A stretch of DNA of 64,000 bases from the human T2T-CHM13v2.0 reference genome, Homo sapiens. The position numbers were made by a program, and so were the translations under genes. This document shows, one piece after another, positions 25,195-40,144 of this stretch (positions are counted from its first letter, which is position 1; every line of letters starts with the position of its first letter). The stretch lies in assembly GCF_009914755.1 (NCBI RefSeq), contig NC_060926.1. The stretch is one strand, 5' to 3'. The notes under the pieces are model-generated. The model made no database searches. It worked only from the letters and a program-made list of their open reading frames with translations, and was not told where the DNA came from.

Positions 25195-26542
25195 CTTGCT
25201 ATTTTAGTGAGCTTCTTAGAAGAAATCAGGGTCAAATCACTATGATCAAATTACCATTTTCCCCGGAAATTCACAACTCTTTTTCTTAAAATTGTTCTTT
25301 GCTATGCAGAAATGTTTAACCTTTGAAGCACACATAAGAGGAGTCCATTGTTCATAACATTTTAATTCAATATCTTCATGTGTGATTTCACCATAGGAAG
25401 AAGGGGTTTGAATTAGAAAGTTCAGCATCTGAGAATATATTTAGAAGGCTGAATAATCTTTATGATTTCCTAGGTCAAAGCCCTTTTTTTTTTTTCGGTC
25501 TAGACATTATCATGTATTGAAGAAAACAAACAGAACAAAAGAAAGAAGCAAAAGTGTTAGAAATTATATTTCATTTTGGTTGACTTTTTTCAGTATTTAA
25601 ATTGTTATCATAAGTTAACCCCATATCTAGAGCATCTAAACATAAGAAATGGCTCATTAGAGCAATAATGGCTACTGAAAAATTAATAGTGTTGGCTTTG
25701 AATGAAAAAATTCCCTTCCCAGCATAGATCACTGGATTCTTGCATTATTAAAACTAGCTAAACTAGCATACAGATCCTTAAAGTGTCTGATAAACAGTGG
25801 GAATATGAATTGATTTGGACTTCTAACCCAGAGCAATGCTTTACATAATTTAGATACTGTCAGAAGATACTCAGAGTTTTAGCAAATATTGACTTTTGGC
25901 CAACATCCAAGTGAAGATCCACACTTCTTTACTTAAGTCTCCTTCTGCCTCGTTTCTCTCCATGCTGAATGCAATTTTTCACTTTTATCTTTCCTCTGCC
26001 ATTGTTTTGTTTATTTTACTATTTTTTTCTCCAAAAAATGATTTAAATAAATTGTCTTCATGAAAATACAATGAAAACTACCCTGTGATTGTTTCTTGAG
26101 AGAATGATTTTAATTTGTGATATGAAGGTATTGGACGGTAAACACAACTCAGGTATGTCCATGATTGCTACTTTTACATTCATCATGATAACAGAAAGGG
26201 GCAACTTTGTTTCTTTCTATAGCCATGTCACTCATCATAGATTTATAGACATTTCAGTTCTATGGAGACAGTGTATCAATGTATAAATTGTCTAATATGT
26301 AGTGCTCCGAGGTTTGAAATAATTTATAGATCTGTGTTTTATTTTAAAAGCACATATTTTTCTAAAGAAATAAAGTCTTACAGGTAAACTAAAGATGTAT
26401 AGAAGGGAAAATAATTTAGTTGTATGCTAACTATAAATAGATGTAGCTCCCTATCATGGTCATTTTAAGTTTTTAATTCTGTAAATAAATAAACTTCAGA
26501 AAAATAAGAACATACAAAGTAAAACAAACAAGCAAAAGACTG

Positions 26543-26900
26543 TGTCTTAGTCTGTCCCTGCTGCTATATGAAAATGACTTAGACTGGGTGATTTCTAAAT
26601 AACAGAGTATTTCTCACAAGTTTTGGAGGCTGACAAGTCCACAGGATCAAGGCACCAGCAGATTTAGTGTCTTGTGAGAGCCCAGTCTCTGCTTCCAAGA
26701 TGGTCCCTTGTTGCTGGGTCTTCACGTGGCAGAAGGGATTAACAGCTCCCAAGCATCTCTTTTTTAAGGTCACTAATTGCATTGATGAGAGCTCTGCCCT
26801 CATCACCTAATCACCTCCTAGAGGCTGCACCTCAGCACTATCACACTGGTGATCAAGTTTCAAGATATGAATTTTATGGGGACACATTCGGAACATAGCA
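26543..26900 (-). mobile_element. MaLR solo LTR (MLT1A/MSTD-like)
   Basis: tgtcttagtctgt...gctgctata...ttttggaggctg...caagatgg...ctaatcacctcc...acatagca. Confidence 0.8.
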
Positions 26901-27362
26901 GCTTCCCATTCCTACACCCCTGAGCTAGGTCTCTTCACCTTTTTTGGAATCTACCAGATGAAGATGTCCCCCTTTCTTCACAAACATGGGATAATATCCA
27001 GTTTCCTCTGTGGTAATTGATTTTTTTTCATTTCACAATACAACAGAGACATCTATCTGCAATGGTATATCTACTTCCATTGTATTTTAATGATTTCATA
27101 GTGATCCAGTGAATAGATGTATTATCATTTATATATTAAATTTCATTTTATCCAACGTTTATGTAGTTTCTCAATTTTTGATTGCAATGAACCCCATGGT
27201 AAATATTATTATACCTAAAATGTTTTTACAGATCCATAATTATTTCTTCAGTATAAATTCCTAAAAGTAAATTTTATGGCTAAATGGTATAGAAAATTGC
27301 CAAAGCATAATCTGGATGGGCCATAGCAATTTGCATTTTAACCAGTGGAAATAAAAATATAA

Positions 27363-27707
<345 letters not shown>

Positions 27708-28459
27708 CATGTAATTTTATTTTAATATTTGGCATCTTGTTAGAGACAGAAAATGGTATGCTGTTTTAATTTGCACTTTTTTCCTTATTCGCAATAATTT
27801 GCTTTATGTGGATTTTCTTTTGTATTTCTTTTGTTTTGTTTTGCAAATGGTCTGTGACCTTTTTGCATTTTTCTACCAGAAAATCAGCAGATTAGGAAAA
27901 GGAGACTGAAAAAATCAGGTAGATTAAAAACATTCAGTATTACTCAAATTACTGAAAACAGTAGTTACAGCCACACAGTTTTGAGGCAGTGGGGATGGTT
28001 GTAAACCAAAAAAATTATTAATGAATCAGCATGTCTTTCATGTGGAAAGGCTGTAAGAAAGTCATTGGCAGACATCAAAAGGCTTAGAAAATAGAATACT
28101 GATGAATCATTTGAAAAAAACTTTGTCAAAAATTTAGTCTCACTGAAAGATGGAGGAAATTGCACAAGTCCTAATCTATAGTGCCTGGTATGTTTAAGGC
28201 ACTAAGCACTTTACATATATTAACTCTATAGCAGTTACAACCTTCTGGGAGGAATAATAATTTATAAAAAATAGGTATTTACTCTAGGGAAACAGTCAAT
28301 TTGTATATGCAGAAATGTAACAATAAGAATTATCATACTGTGTTTTATTTAATTAAAAAAATATATAAACAAACCAAATATCCAACAATAGGGGTCTTGG
28401 TACTATACAATGGGAGAGGCTACTATGCAGCCATTAAACATGATGTTAAAGAACATTTA

Positions 28460-28650
28460 AGGGCACCTACCAGGCACTGTGCTAATTGTTTTACATTCAT
28501 TACCTTCTTTAGATACAACTTTATGAGATATGCAGGTTTATTAGCCTCCTTATACAGATAGAGAAATTGAGTCTTAGAGAAGTTAATTTCTCTAAGACCG
28601 TAGAGCTAGGGTTCAAACTGAGATCTGAGTTTGGCGTCCTCACTCCTATC
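28460..28650 (-). mobile_element. MIR fragment
   Basis: ccaggcactgtgctaa...tacagatagagaaattgag...agagaagttaa. Confidence 0.65.
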
Positions 28651-29109
28651 CATATCCAGTATGACCCACTCAAGATAGAAAGATACATAGATGACTACCT
28701 GGATGAGTTATATGAAAGTTTTTAGTATCATTGGTATTGAGGGGGCTTTTTTTCCCCATTTGTGTGTTTTCTACAATTAATAGTTATCACTTTTGAATTT
28801 AAGAAAAATATTAGTGGGAAATGAAGTTAGTTTAAAAAAATAGTAAAAAAAAGAGAGAGAGAGGTTTTTGGAAATAAAGAAGTGAAAGTTCAGAAGAAGA
28901 AATTCTGGGCACAGTTGAAATAGACAATATAACTTCTCACAGAAAAAGACTTGGGAGGAGAAACAGCCTCACCCTCTTTTGCTTTTTCTACAAGTCTAGA
29001 ACCTTCAAAGCCAAGGTCAGGTCACCTGGGAAAAATGTGAACCTTTGACTATTAATTAGTAAAGTTATACTCAAGAGGGCTGTCAGGTTTCCAGAAGCTA
29101 CAGTGGTAT

Positions 29110-30800
29110 ATCACACTGAGTTTAGTCAGGAAAACAGAAGCCTCTATTGGCATTTCAAAGAGAAAGAACTTAATATAGAGAACTAGACTATGGAACTAAT
29201 GGATTACTTGGATGTGCAAAAGAGGGGAAGAAAGGAACTGGAAGAGAAAACACAAATCAAAGATGATGCTCCGAGATTGGAGGCAGCTAGTGTTACTGGC
29301 TGGAGTCCATGTGTCCACATGTATTGCTACCCTATTAGAGACTCTATAGCCATTGGTTCCAGATTTGCTGAAGGTTTCCAGAAATCTTGATTTTCTTAAC
29401 CAGGGCTGGCACCTCCACCAGTGTTGTCATCATTGTGTACTGTAGATGCTGTTTTGCTGCCAAAGGTGCTGCTAATAAATGAAGATGAAAAGAGTCACTT
29501 CTTCCCATTCTCTTCTTTTATCACATGTTGTCTCCAAGTGGCAGAATCTAATTGGAATTCAGTTGGTAAGTGAGATAGAGAAATAAAATTTGCCATTTTC
29601 AAGCTTCCTATCATACCTAGTTGAGCAAAGAAGTGTGAGGATAGGGGTTAAGAGCAAAGGCAAAAATGACGGACATTGCCCGCGCTTTTGTCTATGTAGC
29701 ATCCTTTCTCATCGTTCTACCCATAATTTATTTTCATAAAACATTTTGCTTCTGTCTGATATAAAGTGTGTGTCTCCTTGACAAACACTGATGCTATTTC
29801 CTCATCTAATTCAACGAGCAATTCTTGCTGAATACATAATGTATAAGCTAAACTATTAAGGTACTCATTACTAATCTTCTTTGAATGGAAAACAGGGGTA
29901 GAGGGGAGAGGTGAAATTGGTTAATGTATACAAATATATCTACAAGGAAGAAAATCATTTATGGTTGCTGTAGTGGTAATTTCTGTACCTTGTCACAAAT
30001 TTGTGTTGATAGTCACAAATTGCTTCTTCCCCTGTCATTTCACATTTCATTTTTTCTTGGCACTCAGCCAGTTTCTCTTCTGGTCAAATTTCCAAACTTT
30101 CATTCCTGAAATGTCTGAATCACTATTCGTTTTTCTTTTTTGGGGTTGCTATTGTCTTCTTTTAAGCTTCATTGCCAGAATGGAAATGATAAGAACAGTG
30201 TTAGGAAATTCCAGGGGCTCTAAACACAGTCCTACTTGTTCTTACTGTGGGATTGCAACACAATTTCCATTTGATAATTAGCTATCCTTTTTGTCATTTG
30301 ATTTTGTGACATGAGAAGCTTGAAACATCTGCTGGTGGTCTCAACTTTCTGTTTGATTTAACCAGTGTTGTGTCCTTTAGTGGAACCATTCCTCTCCTGA
30401 GAATGAAGGCCTGTAACACAGCAGAGCTTGAGATTATAGGGGTTTGGAAACATTCTGTGTGTGGATTGTCAGGTGTAATAGAGAAGCCCCTACCAATTCC
30501 ACCACTCAGTTCCATGACTCATCTTTTCTGGTCATGGCAGAAACAGCCTCAAACATTGGTTATCAGTTCAAAGCCTATGCCAAAGCTTGAAGGACAGCAC
30601 CTCAACTTTGCGGGTTACATAATTGAGTTGTCAGTAGGCCACATTACTATTGTTTCAACCATGCTACCTCTGGATGCAAGAACATCATACTAAAAATAGT
30701 GGACTTTCTACATGTGAGTTCACTGCTGCACTTTTCTGATATAAAACAAATCCCCTAGTGAGAAGCAATGTTGTGTCTCATACCATGATAGTAAATAAGG
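29110..30800 (-). mobile_element. Ancient ERVL-class relic: LTR-like ~29110-29655 plus internal pol (integrase) remnant
   Basis: The reverse complement of ~30620-30800 resembles the ERVL integrase core (HGIPHSIASDQG...HPEAAGLIERWNGLL as recalled); tagtcaggaaaacagaa LTR-terminal motif. Confidence 0.55.
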
Positions 30801-30803
30801 TAC

Positions 30804-30976
30804 TATATTAATTTCCTAGGGCTGGCTTTATGAAGTACCACACACAGGGTGACTTAAAACAACAAAAATCTATTCACTCACAATTCTGGAGGTTAGAAGT
30901 CTAAAATCAAGGTACCATGAGGGCCATGAGTTTTCTGAAAGCCCTAGGGAAGAAACCTGCCTTGCCTTTTCCTAAG
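30804..30976 (-). mobile_element. MLT1B/C/D-like LTR fragment
   Basis: tttcctagggctg...taccacacacagggtgacttaaaacaac...ctcacaattctggagg...aaatcaagg. Confidence 0.7.
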
Positions 30977-33260
30977 TTATAAATACCCTCTGGAAAGGAG
31001 GGGGGAAATGTCTAAAAAGAAGTTTATTCATTACAGTCCGTAGACCACATGTGTCAGTGTTGGGATGTCCCAGAGGAGATGAAAGAAATTTGAATTTTCC
31101 CAGTGTTACCTGGCTATTTATCTGTTTTTAGCAACCACACTAGGTAATTGTCATGTACAATAAAGTTTAAGTGAACTAAAATTTTAGGAACTTTAGCAAT
31201 TATTCAGTCAACTAATTATGACTCAAGAGGAGTAGGAAACTACAAGAAGATTTCCCACCCACATATGCATTTGGTTTGGGCTGAATATATCTGGGTATGT
31301 GTGTAGATTGCATGATGCTTAGCAGTAGAGGATACAGTGTGAGCTTATTGTGTGTATTTATTACTTGAGCGTGGTTATGCATATACAAGTATGTGGGCCA
31401 TTTTCTGTTGAATTTTAAAAACAGTGATAACAAAATGCTCTCTAGAATTTGGGAAATAGAATTATCAAGGGGTTCTGTGAAACAATGACAGAACTTCTTT
31501 AAAGACACCCCAAACATATTTTTCTGGCTACTTTTTTCTATGTGTAAAGGAAAAATGTCCAGAATGAGGAATATAAATGGTTCATCATTGAAGAGAAAGT
31601 ACATCTAATTATATCATCTTCTGGAGCTTTTCTTTTTAAATCTCATTTCAAAGTTGGGATAAAGAGAAATGATCAGTTGCTTGTTATTTTTATCAGAAGT
31701 TGGAATTTTTTTTTTGAGAATCTCAGGACAAAAAGAACTGTAAGCTCACTAGCTTTATTTTATTTAAGGTATTGAAGAAGAAATGCAGAAAAAGAGAGTT
31801 TGTACATGAGTGATTTTAATTGACTAACAAAGTTAAATACTGCACTAGAAAGGCCTACTGACAACCTGCTAATAGCAAAAAGATAACACAAATCTAAAAA
31901 TTGCTGTCTTTTTATTGGACAAAGTAAAATAAAATTTTATAACACATCTTGATGTCCCATGTGACTATAGAAGAATGTTTTTTAAGTCTTAAAGGTCAAG
32001 CCTTCAGAAACCAAAAGTTCATGTAGTCTTTTCATCTTAACTAGAGTGGTAACATCACTTTTCTCTTTGATCTATTTATTTAAATGTGAATTTCCATTAA
32101 ACACAAGATTTTAACTGAGCAATTTGGGGAAGGTTTTTGGGTTTAATTATCAGTTCACAGAGTTTCCGCCAGCGGTAAATATTTATACCATACTGAATGT
32201 GTTGAATTAAGGCTTACTGTTAAAGAGAGGAAAGAATTAAATCGCCAAAAAAATTACTCAGTTTGTTCCACCTGCAAAGTGCACTGATTTACTTAATCTC
32301 ACTCTGTCAGTTTTAAAAGCATGATTATAATTGCAAATGCTAAAGTATCAGTTGTCCAAATGACAAGATTGTTGTTAAAGATGAAAGGAGAAAAAAAAAG
32401 ATGACATTTAGAAAAAAATAAATCTATTTATTGTTCTACCTCATTTTGCCTTTTTCAGAGGTACTGGGAAATTTTGTACAGATCAAAGGAAATGAAAAAT
32501 ACATAAATTTGCTGAAAATATCACAGTAAAAAAATCTCAAAAAGAGAAAAAGAAGGAAAGGTTGTAAACTAAACAAATAAGAGAAAGAAAGAATTTAATT
32601 AAACCCCAAATACCAGTTAAAAGGAGTAAGAGAAAAGCAGGTAACCCATAGAGATCTCTAGTCAATGGGAGCCACAAAAAAGCTTTAAGACACAAGTTTA
32701 CCTCTTGGTTCTTAGGAAATGTATATAACACTCTGCCATTTTGGGGGACTGGGGTTGGCTTCTTATGTAAAATATTGGTGCACACGCCACCTGTGTGATG
32801 CTAGGTAAGTCACTGAGAAGCATATCAAACATGTACTTGGGCTGTCATTTCTGTTAGATTTCTCAATCATGTTTCCACCATGCACCACAAAAGAAATCTC
32901 CTTGCTTGTGATACCTACTTTGTTGGAGGGAAGGGTAAATACCACTTTATGTCATATAGGTTCTTGGTCAAGTCAAGAGAATTTTTGAACTTTCTTTGAT
33001 TTCAGAGGTGAGACCACCTTCTGCTCCAGACCAGTTTACAGTAGAAGATTAGCATTTCAGTGACAACTGGAAATATTAAAGGAAAGCAGGACTGTTCCAT
33101 TTTTTTGCCAATTGAGACAAAGCAGTCAAAATGTTGACAAATGTAATATGCATATAGAAGTTACTATGAGATTAAGTGACTTAATGCATATAAAGACACT
33201 AGTTTTATGTCTGGCAAATAGTAAGTACTTGCTATTATTGTTCAAGTATACAATTAGCTA

Positions 33261-33810
<550 letters not shown>

Positions 33811-35575
33811 TCACATAACAAGGTTATAACTGGAACTACTGAATCAGCTTTGAGGTATTATTATTTTTCATAATTGCTGGAAAAAAAGCCTTCAGCATAG
33901 CATTGATGTTGTTTCTGAGAGACTGCAGCCTTTAGCAGAAAAAGCCCTATCTTTGGTATCAGACAGATGTGAGTTAACATCTCAGTTCTGCCACTTACTA
34001 GCTGGGTGACCTTCGTCAAGTTGCTTTGACTCATCTTCAGTTTTTTAATCTATGAAATGCAACTTGTGATGAGCAGGAAACTGGCATGCTTTGCGGGATT
34101 CTAGGCACACATAAGGTGCTTAACATATGTGCATATCCTCAGGTTCTCATTCCCTTAATATGATCTATCACTTAAGAGTATTTAGGTTTGTGTAGGAAAA
34201 AAATTGCTTATCAACTTACATAGCAATGCAGATTAGTCTTATGCTAAGGAGGTATTTCATGTTCCAAATATAATTTAGTTTCTTTCATATCCTTGTTATC
34301 AATTTTCTTTTTGATCTTAGACTTAGCTAAGTGCATTATACTTTAGAATTCCTTAAAATCAGTCTTTGTTTAACAACAATAGATTTTTAGCTTTGTCAAA
34401 TATTCTTGGCTTCAAAGTAGAATTCTCTTTCATAGATAATAAAATAATCAAATCTGAGATCAGTAAAACATTTTTCCCCAATTTGGTTAAAACAAAGTTA
34501 AAAAAAAGACTCCAGTTATTTTATTTTAATAAGGGAAGCAACATATGTACTTCTGTGTTCTCGACTTTAGCAGTCCCCACAGTTGGGTAAACTTCCCATA
34601 GTTCTATTTGCTTTTGAAAGATTAATAACAGAGGTCTATCCAGAGGCTGACTCTTTCTCTATCCTTTTACCTTCTGGAGTGGTGGCACAAAAACTTTTCA
34701 ATCATGTATTGCAGCAGTAAAATAAGAACATTTGAGCTTTTACTTGTTTGAGTAAACGTATGCGTTTATATGTTCTATATGGTACATTAGCACACACCAT
34801 ATTACATATTATGCACATTGTAAAGTGTATCCTAAAACAGAAATAAAAAAGATTGAGAGAAAGATGAACTAAACTATGTATTTTAAAAATATTTTGGTAA
34901 GCATGATGGTTTCACACTATTATAATTTTCCACTTTTTTCACGGCATAATATACACATAGGGTGACTTTTATTATAAATGATTGAGGATGCAAATTGGTA
35001 TTTTGAATAGCCTCCTTAAGACTTTTGATGGATGTGAGCTGACTTTTTCCTGTTTATGTTATCATTGTTTTCTGTAGTGGCATACTGAAACAAAGTTTGT
35101 TCTTAAAGAAGGAGTTAGTGTCAGCTCTGCCATTTCCCATTAGTCACTTCTACTTGCATGATTAGAATTTTGTTTGTGGTTTTGTTGTAGGAATCTTTTA
35201 GTGACTTACCCATTAAAGTTAATTTCAATAGATAATACTCTTAAATCCTCTTAATTAGTCACACACAAAGTGCACCTTGTCACCATGTAGTGGAAATGAG
35301 CCAGGGAGGGAGAATGCTGGATCGACCTCTCCCATATGTGGAACCTCACTCTTTCCTTAGGACACCTCACCCAGAGTAGGTCAATGCAACCCTCTGATTC
35401 GTAGACAAGCAGGGAATATCCTGGTCAATCCATGTATCAAATACTTGTGAAGTGCAATTTCTTGTTTGTTCAGGGAGAAGAGATAAGTAGAAGTAGAACT
35501 GCCCATATTTTATTTCACATTCCACTGGTCACCTCTTCAGCCCCTGCATTGAATTTGAGAGACACCCTTTCAAGA

Positions 35576-35800
35576 GCATGGGTCAGTAAATCTTTTCTGT
35601 GAAGGGGCAGATAATAAATATTTTCAGCTTCGTGAGCCAGATAGTCTTGTTGCAACTCTTCAACTCAGCCACTGTCGTGCCAAAACATCTATAGACAATA
35701 CAAAAGTAAATGACCGTGGCCATGTTCCAATAAAATTTCATTTACAAAAACAGGCATTTGGTCAGATTTGAAATGGAGATCATAGTTTGTCAACTTGTTA
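35576..35800 (+). mobile_element. MER58A-like hAT-Charlie MITE
   Basis: gggtcagtaaatcttttctgtgaagggg...gtggccatgttccaataaaatttcatttacaaaaacagg...tagtttgtcaac. Confidence 0.75.
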
Positions 35801-37856
35801 TCTAGAGAATACTGAGCTTGATCAAAACTAATAAAATAATGAATCCCATATTTACCAGAAAATGACTTGAGAAAAAAGCCTTTGAAGGGGGTGGCTTAGC
35901 TTAACTCAGCAGTCTCATTTACAAATCACATTGGACTGCACAACTTTCATGCTGCTAATTGATAAGCTGATGTAGCCTTCTCTCCGTCTCTGATTCATTT
36001 GCTGTGTTTCTCAATCACACACACATATACATACATGCGCACACTGACACCCACACCCATAGGGTAATGAGGTAGCTGCTGTGTGTTGAAAATTAATGAG
36101 AAGATATAAAGGGAGATTCAGACGTATTCTGACTGGTGCAGTTGTAACTTTGTGGCAGGAAGAATACAGGGACTTTCCCAAATGGCAGGACATCTTTCTT
36201 TTAGCAACTCTCAAAAACTTTAGCAAATCAAGAGATCTTTAGCAAATCCTGAGCAAATTATGTCCAGGGAATATGGACAAAATTGAATGAAGACAAACAC
36301 CTCAAGTAACAAGTTACAATGAAAGGGAATTAGCGGAAGTGGTTTTTTTTTTTTTTTTCCCACATAGTGAGGCAGGAGGGGACCTTTGCCCAGTAGACTC
36401 CCTGCCTTTTGTGGTAACTTTCATGTTTTCACTTCCACTCTATTAATATTTCCTTCCACCTTTTAGATGGTTTTCCAACCCTCTTCCCCAATTACTTAGG
36501 GTCTTTAAGACATCCAGAATTCCCTACAAAAGGACTCCACATTGGTCAGCTTTGCCCCCAAATTGCCCCTTCTCTTCACATTCTTCTTCCCATAAAATAA
36601 CAGTAAGCATAGATGATAATTTTCATTAGTGAGCCCTCATAACTATAGCATGATAGATGCAGGACTTAGCTAATCACAATATCCAGGGAAACTGCAGGAA
36701 CAGTTTTTTTTTTTTTTTTTTTGTAAAGCAGAAGTCATTAGTTGTGTAGTCATCCACATTTAGTTAACTTCCCAGTGTGGTCAGGCAAACATGATAAAGG
36801 AAAGCAAATTACCTCATTTTCTTGGACTTTGGGCTTAATTGACAATTTTATATAAATCTTTTTACTAACACCAAGAGGCATTTTAGTAGAATAGGTTGTT
36901 TCATAGGAATGCAATTCCCAGATAACTAGAGCTGACTCAGTTAAGGGAAGTGGGGAAAATCTACATTATTATGTAGGGCTTGTCAGGCATGGTGTTAGAT
37001 TCCTAATAAGTTTTGATTTATTTAGTCTTTCAATAAATGTAAGGACTAAGTATTATGTTATTTTAAAATTTTAAAAAGAAGAAACTACAGTTTTGAGAGG
37101 TTATGTAACTTGTGCAAGATCACAAGCTGGGGAGGGGGCGCAGAATTTTGACCCAAACCCCAACCTGCTTCCGTTGTCTGATGCAACCCTTCTTAATTTT
37201 AAAAGTTTGCATTTGCATGGCCCTATTTTTAAGTATTGTCATAAACTCTTCTACCTTAACAAAGGATGTTAAATATTTTTCAAGTTGTTCTTGATAATCC
37301 AGTGTTGGCATATAAATCATAGCCCCACAGGGACTTTTGAAGTATGAGGGATATTGGTCTTGGGGTCCCATCTGGAGTGTTTTTTTGAGCTCTTATGTCT
37401 ATTTTTTTATCAGTTTTGGATCTTCATTTTTATCAACAGGCTTTTGACTGTCACTTCTTATTTCTCTTTCTGTGACTGCCTTTCTCAAGTTAGCTAGTAC
37501 TATCCATTTCTAATTTTCAGTCTAATGTCCTGATGACTGCCAAACCAGACAACCACTCCTACTAGAATTATGTCTAAAGGTGGTGGTGTTTTTAGATCAG
37601 GGTGAGGATCTCAACAGAAAGGACTGGAACATAATTATTTCAGCTGGTCACAGACATTTTTTATTCCTCTCAGTAGTCTTAACTTTATTCTGTAAAATTG
37701 AGATCCCTGGACAAGTGAGCTGGAGAAAATTGAGACATTATCACATTTATCTTAGGTATATTTTAGAAAAAAGTACCCATAACCTAATTTTTTCTTAATA
37801 TTTACTTTCAATTCCAGCTTGCTAAACTTGTCTCTTTTTTTACTGCCTTGCCCATC

Positions 37857-40144
37857 TGATATGTTTTGGCTCTGTGTGCCTACCCAAATCTCACCTTGAA
37901 GAGTAATAACCCCCATGTGTCAAGGGCAGGACCAGGTGGAGGTAACTGAATCATGGGGGCAAGTTTCCCATGCTGTTCTGGTGATAATGAGTGAGTCTCA
38001 TGAGATCTAATGGTTTTATAAGCATGTGGCATTTCCCCTGCTTGCACTTATTCTCTCTCCTGCTGCCCTATGAAGAAGTGCCTTCTGTCATAATTGGAAG
38101 TTTCCTGAGGCCTCCCCAGCCATGCAGGAGGTATTTTTTCACAGCAGTGTGAGAATGGACTAATACAGTAAATTGGTACCGGCAGAGTGGGGTGCTGCTA
38201 TAACAATACCTAAAAATGTGGAAGTGACTTTGGAACTGCATAACAGGCAAAGATTGGAACAGTTTGGAGGGCTCAGAAGAAGACAGGAAGATATGGGAAC
38301 GTTTGGAACTTCCTAGAGACTTATTGAATGGCTTTGACCAAAATGCTGATAATGATGTGGACAATGAATTTCAAATTGAGGTGGTCTCAGATGGAGATGA
38401 GAAACTTGTTGGGAACTGGAGTAAAGGTGACTCTTGCTATGCTTTAGAAAAAAGACTGGTGACATTTTGCCCCTGTCCTAGAGATCTGTGGAAATTTGTA
38501 CTTGAGAAAGATGATTTAGGGTATCTGGCAGGAGAAATTTCTAAGCAGCAAAGCATTCAAGATATAACTTAGGTGCTCTTAAAAGCATTCAGTTTTATGC
38601 ATTCAGAAACATGGTTTGGAATTGGAACTGATGTTTACAAGGGAAGCAGAGCATAAAAGCTTAAAAAATTTGCAGCCTGATGAGGCAGTGGAAAAGAAAA
38701 ACCCATATTCTGAGGAGAAATCAAAACCAGCTGCAGAAATTTGCATAAGTAACAAGGAGTCAAATGTTAATTGCCAAGACAATAGAGAAAATGTTTCCAT
38801 GGCATATCAGAGGTCTTTATGGCAGTCCCTCTTATCATATGCCCAGAGGCCTAGGAGGAAAAAATGGTGTCATGGGTTGAGTCCTGGGTCTTGCTGCTTT
38901 GTGTACTCTTGGGACTTGGTGCCCTGTATTCCAGCCATGGCTAAAAAGGTACAAGGAAAGGTACAGCTCAGGCCATTGCTTCAGAGGGTGTAAGCCCCAA
39001 GCCTTGGAGACTTCCATGTGGTGTTAAGCCTGCGGGTGCACAGAAGTCAATAATTAAGATTTGGGAACCTCTGCCTAGATTTCAGAGGATATACGGAAAT
39101 GCTGGGATATCCAGGCAGAAGTTTGCTGTAGGGGCAGAGCCCACATGGAGAAACTCTGTGAGGACAGTGAGGAAGGGAAATATCGGTGGGGGTCCCTCAC
39201 ACAGTGTCCCCACTGGGGCACTGCCTGGTGGAGCTGTGAGAAGAGGGCCACCAACCTTGAGACCCCAGAATGGTAGATCCACAGACAGCTTGCACCATGC
39301 ATTTAGAAAAGCCACAGACACTCAATGCCAGCCCATGAAAGCAGCCAGAAGTGGGGCTATACTCTGCAAAGCCACAGGGGTGGAGCTGCCCACGGCCATG
39401 GGAACCCACCTCTTGCACCAGTGTGAACTGGATGTGAGATACGGAGTCAGAGAAGATCATTTTGAAACTTTAAGGTTTAATGACTGTCCTATTGGATTTT
39501 GGACTTGCATGGGGCCTGTAGCCCCTTTGTGTTGGTCAATTTTACCCATTTGGAATGGGTGTATTTACCCAATGCCTGTATCCCCTTTGTACCTGGGAAG
39601 TAACTAACTTGCTTTTTGTTTTACAGGCTCATAGGCGGAAGGGACTTGTCTTGTCTTAGATGAGACTTTGGACATTGACTGTTAGGTTAAGGCTGGAATG
39701 AGTTAAGACCTTGGGGAACTGTTGGAAGGGCATGATTGTGTTTTGAAATGTGAGGACATGAGATTTGAGAGGGGCCAGGGGTGGAATAATATGGTTTGGC
39801 TCTGTGTTCCCACCCAAATCTCACCTTGGATTGTAATAATCCCCACATGTCAAGGGAGGGACCAGGTGGAGGTAATTGAATCATGGGGGCAGTTTCCCTG
39901 ATGATATTCTTGTGATAATGAGTGAGTGTTATGAGATCTGATGGTTTTATAAGCGTCTGGCACTTCCCTTGCTTGCCCTCATTCTCTCTCCTGCTGCTCT
40001 GTGAAGAGGTGCCTTCCACCATGATTGTAAGTTTCCTGAGGGCTCCTCAGCCATGCAGTACCATTAGTCAATTAAACCTCTTCTCTTTATAAATTACACA
40101 GTCTCGGGTATTTCTTCATAGCAGCATGAGAACAGACTAATACA
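37857..40144 (+). mobile_element. Complete THE1D-like MaLR element: 5' LTR 37857-38167, internal region, 3' LTR 39787-40144
   Basis: 5-bp TSD ccatc at 37852-37856 and 40145-40149; paired LTRs; MaLR-int ORF remnants at 38264-38572, 38616-38993 and 39158-39607. Confidence 0.93.
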
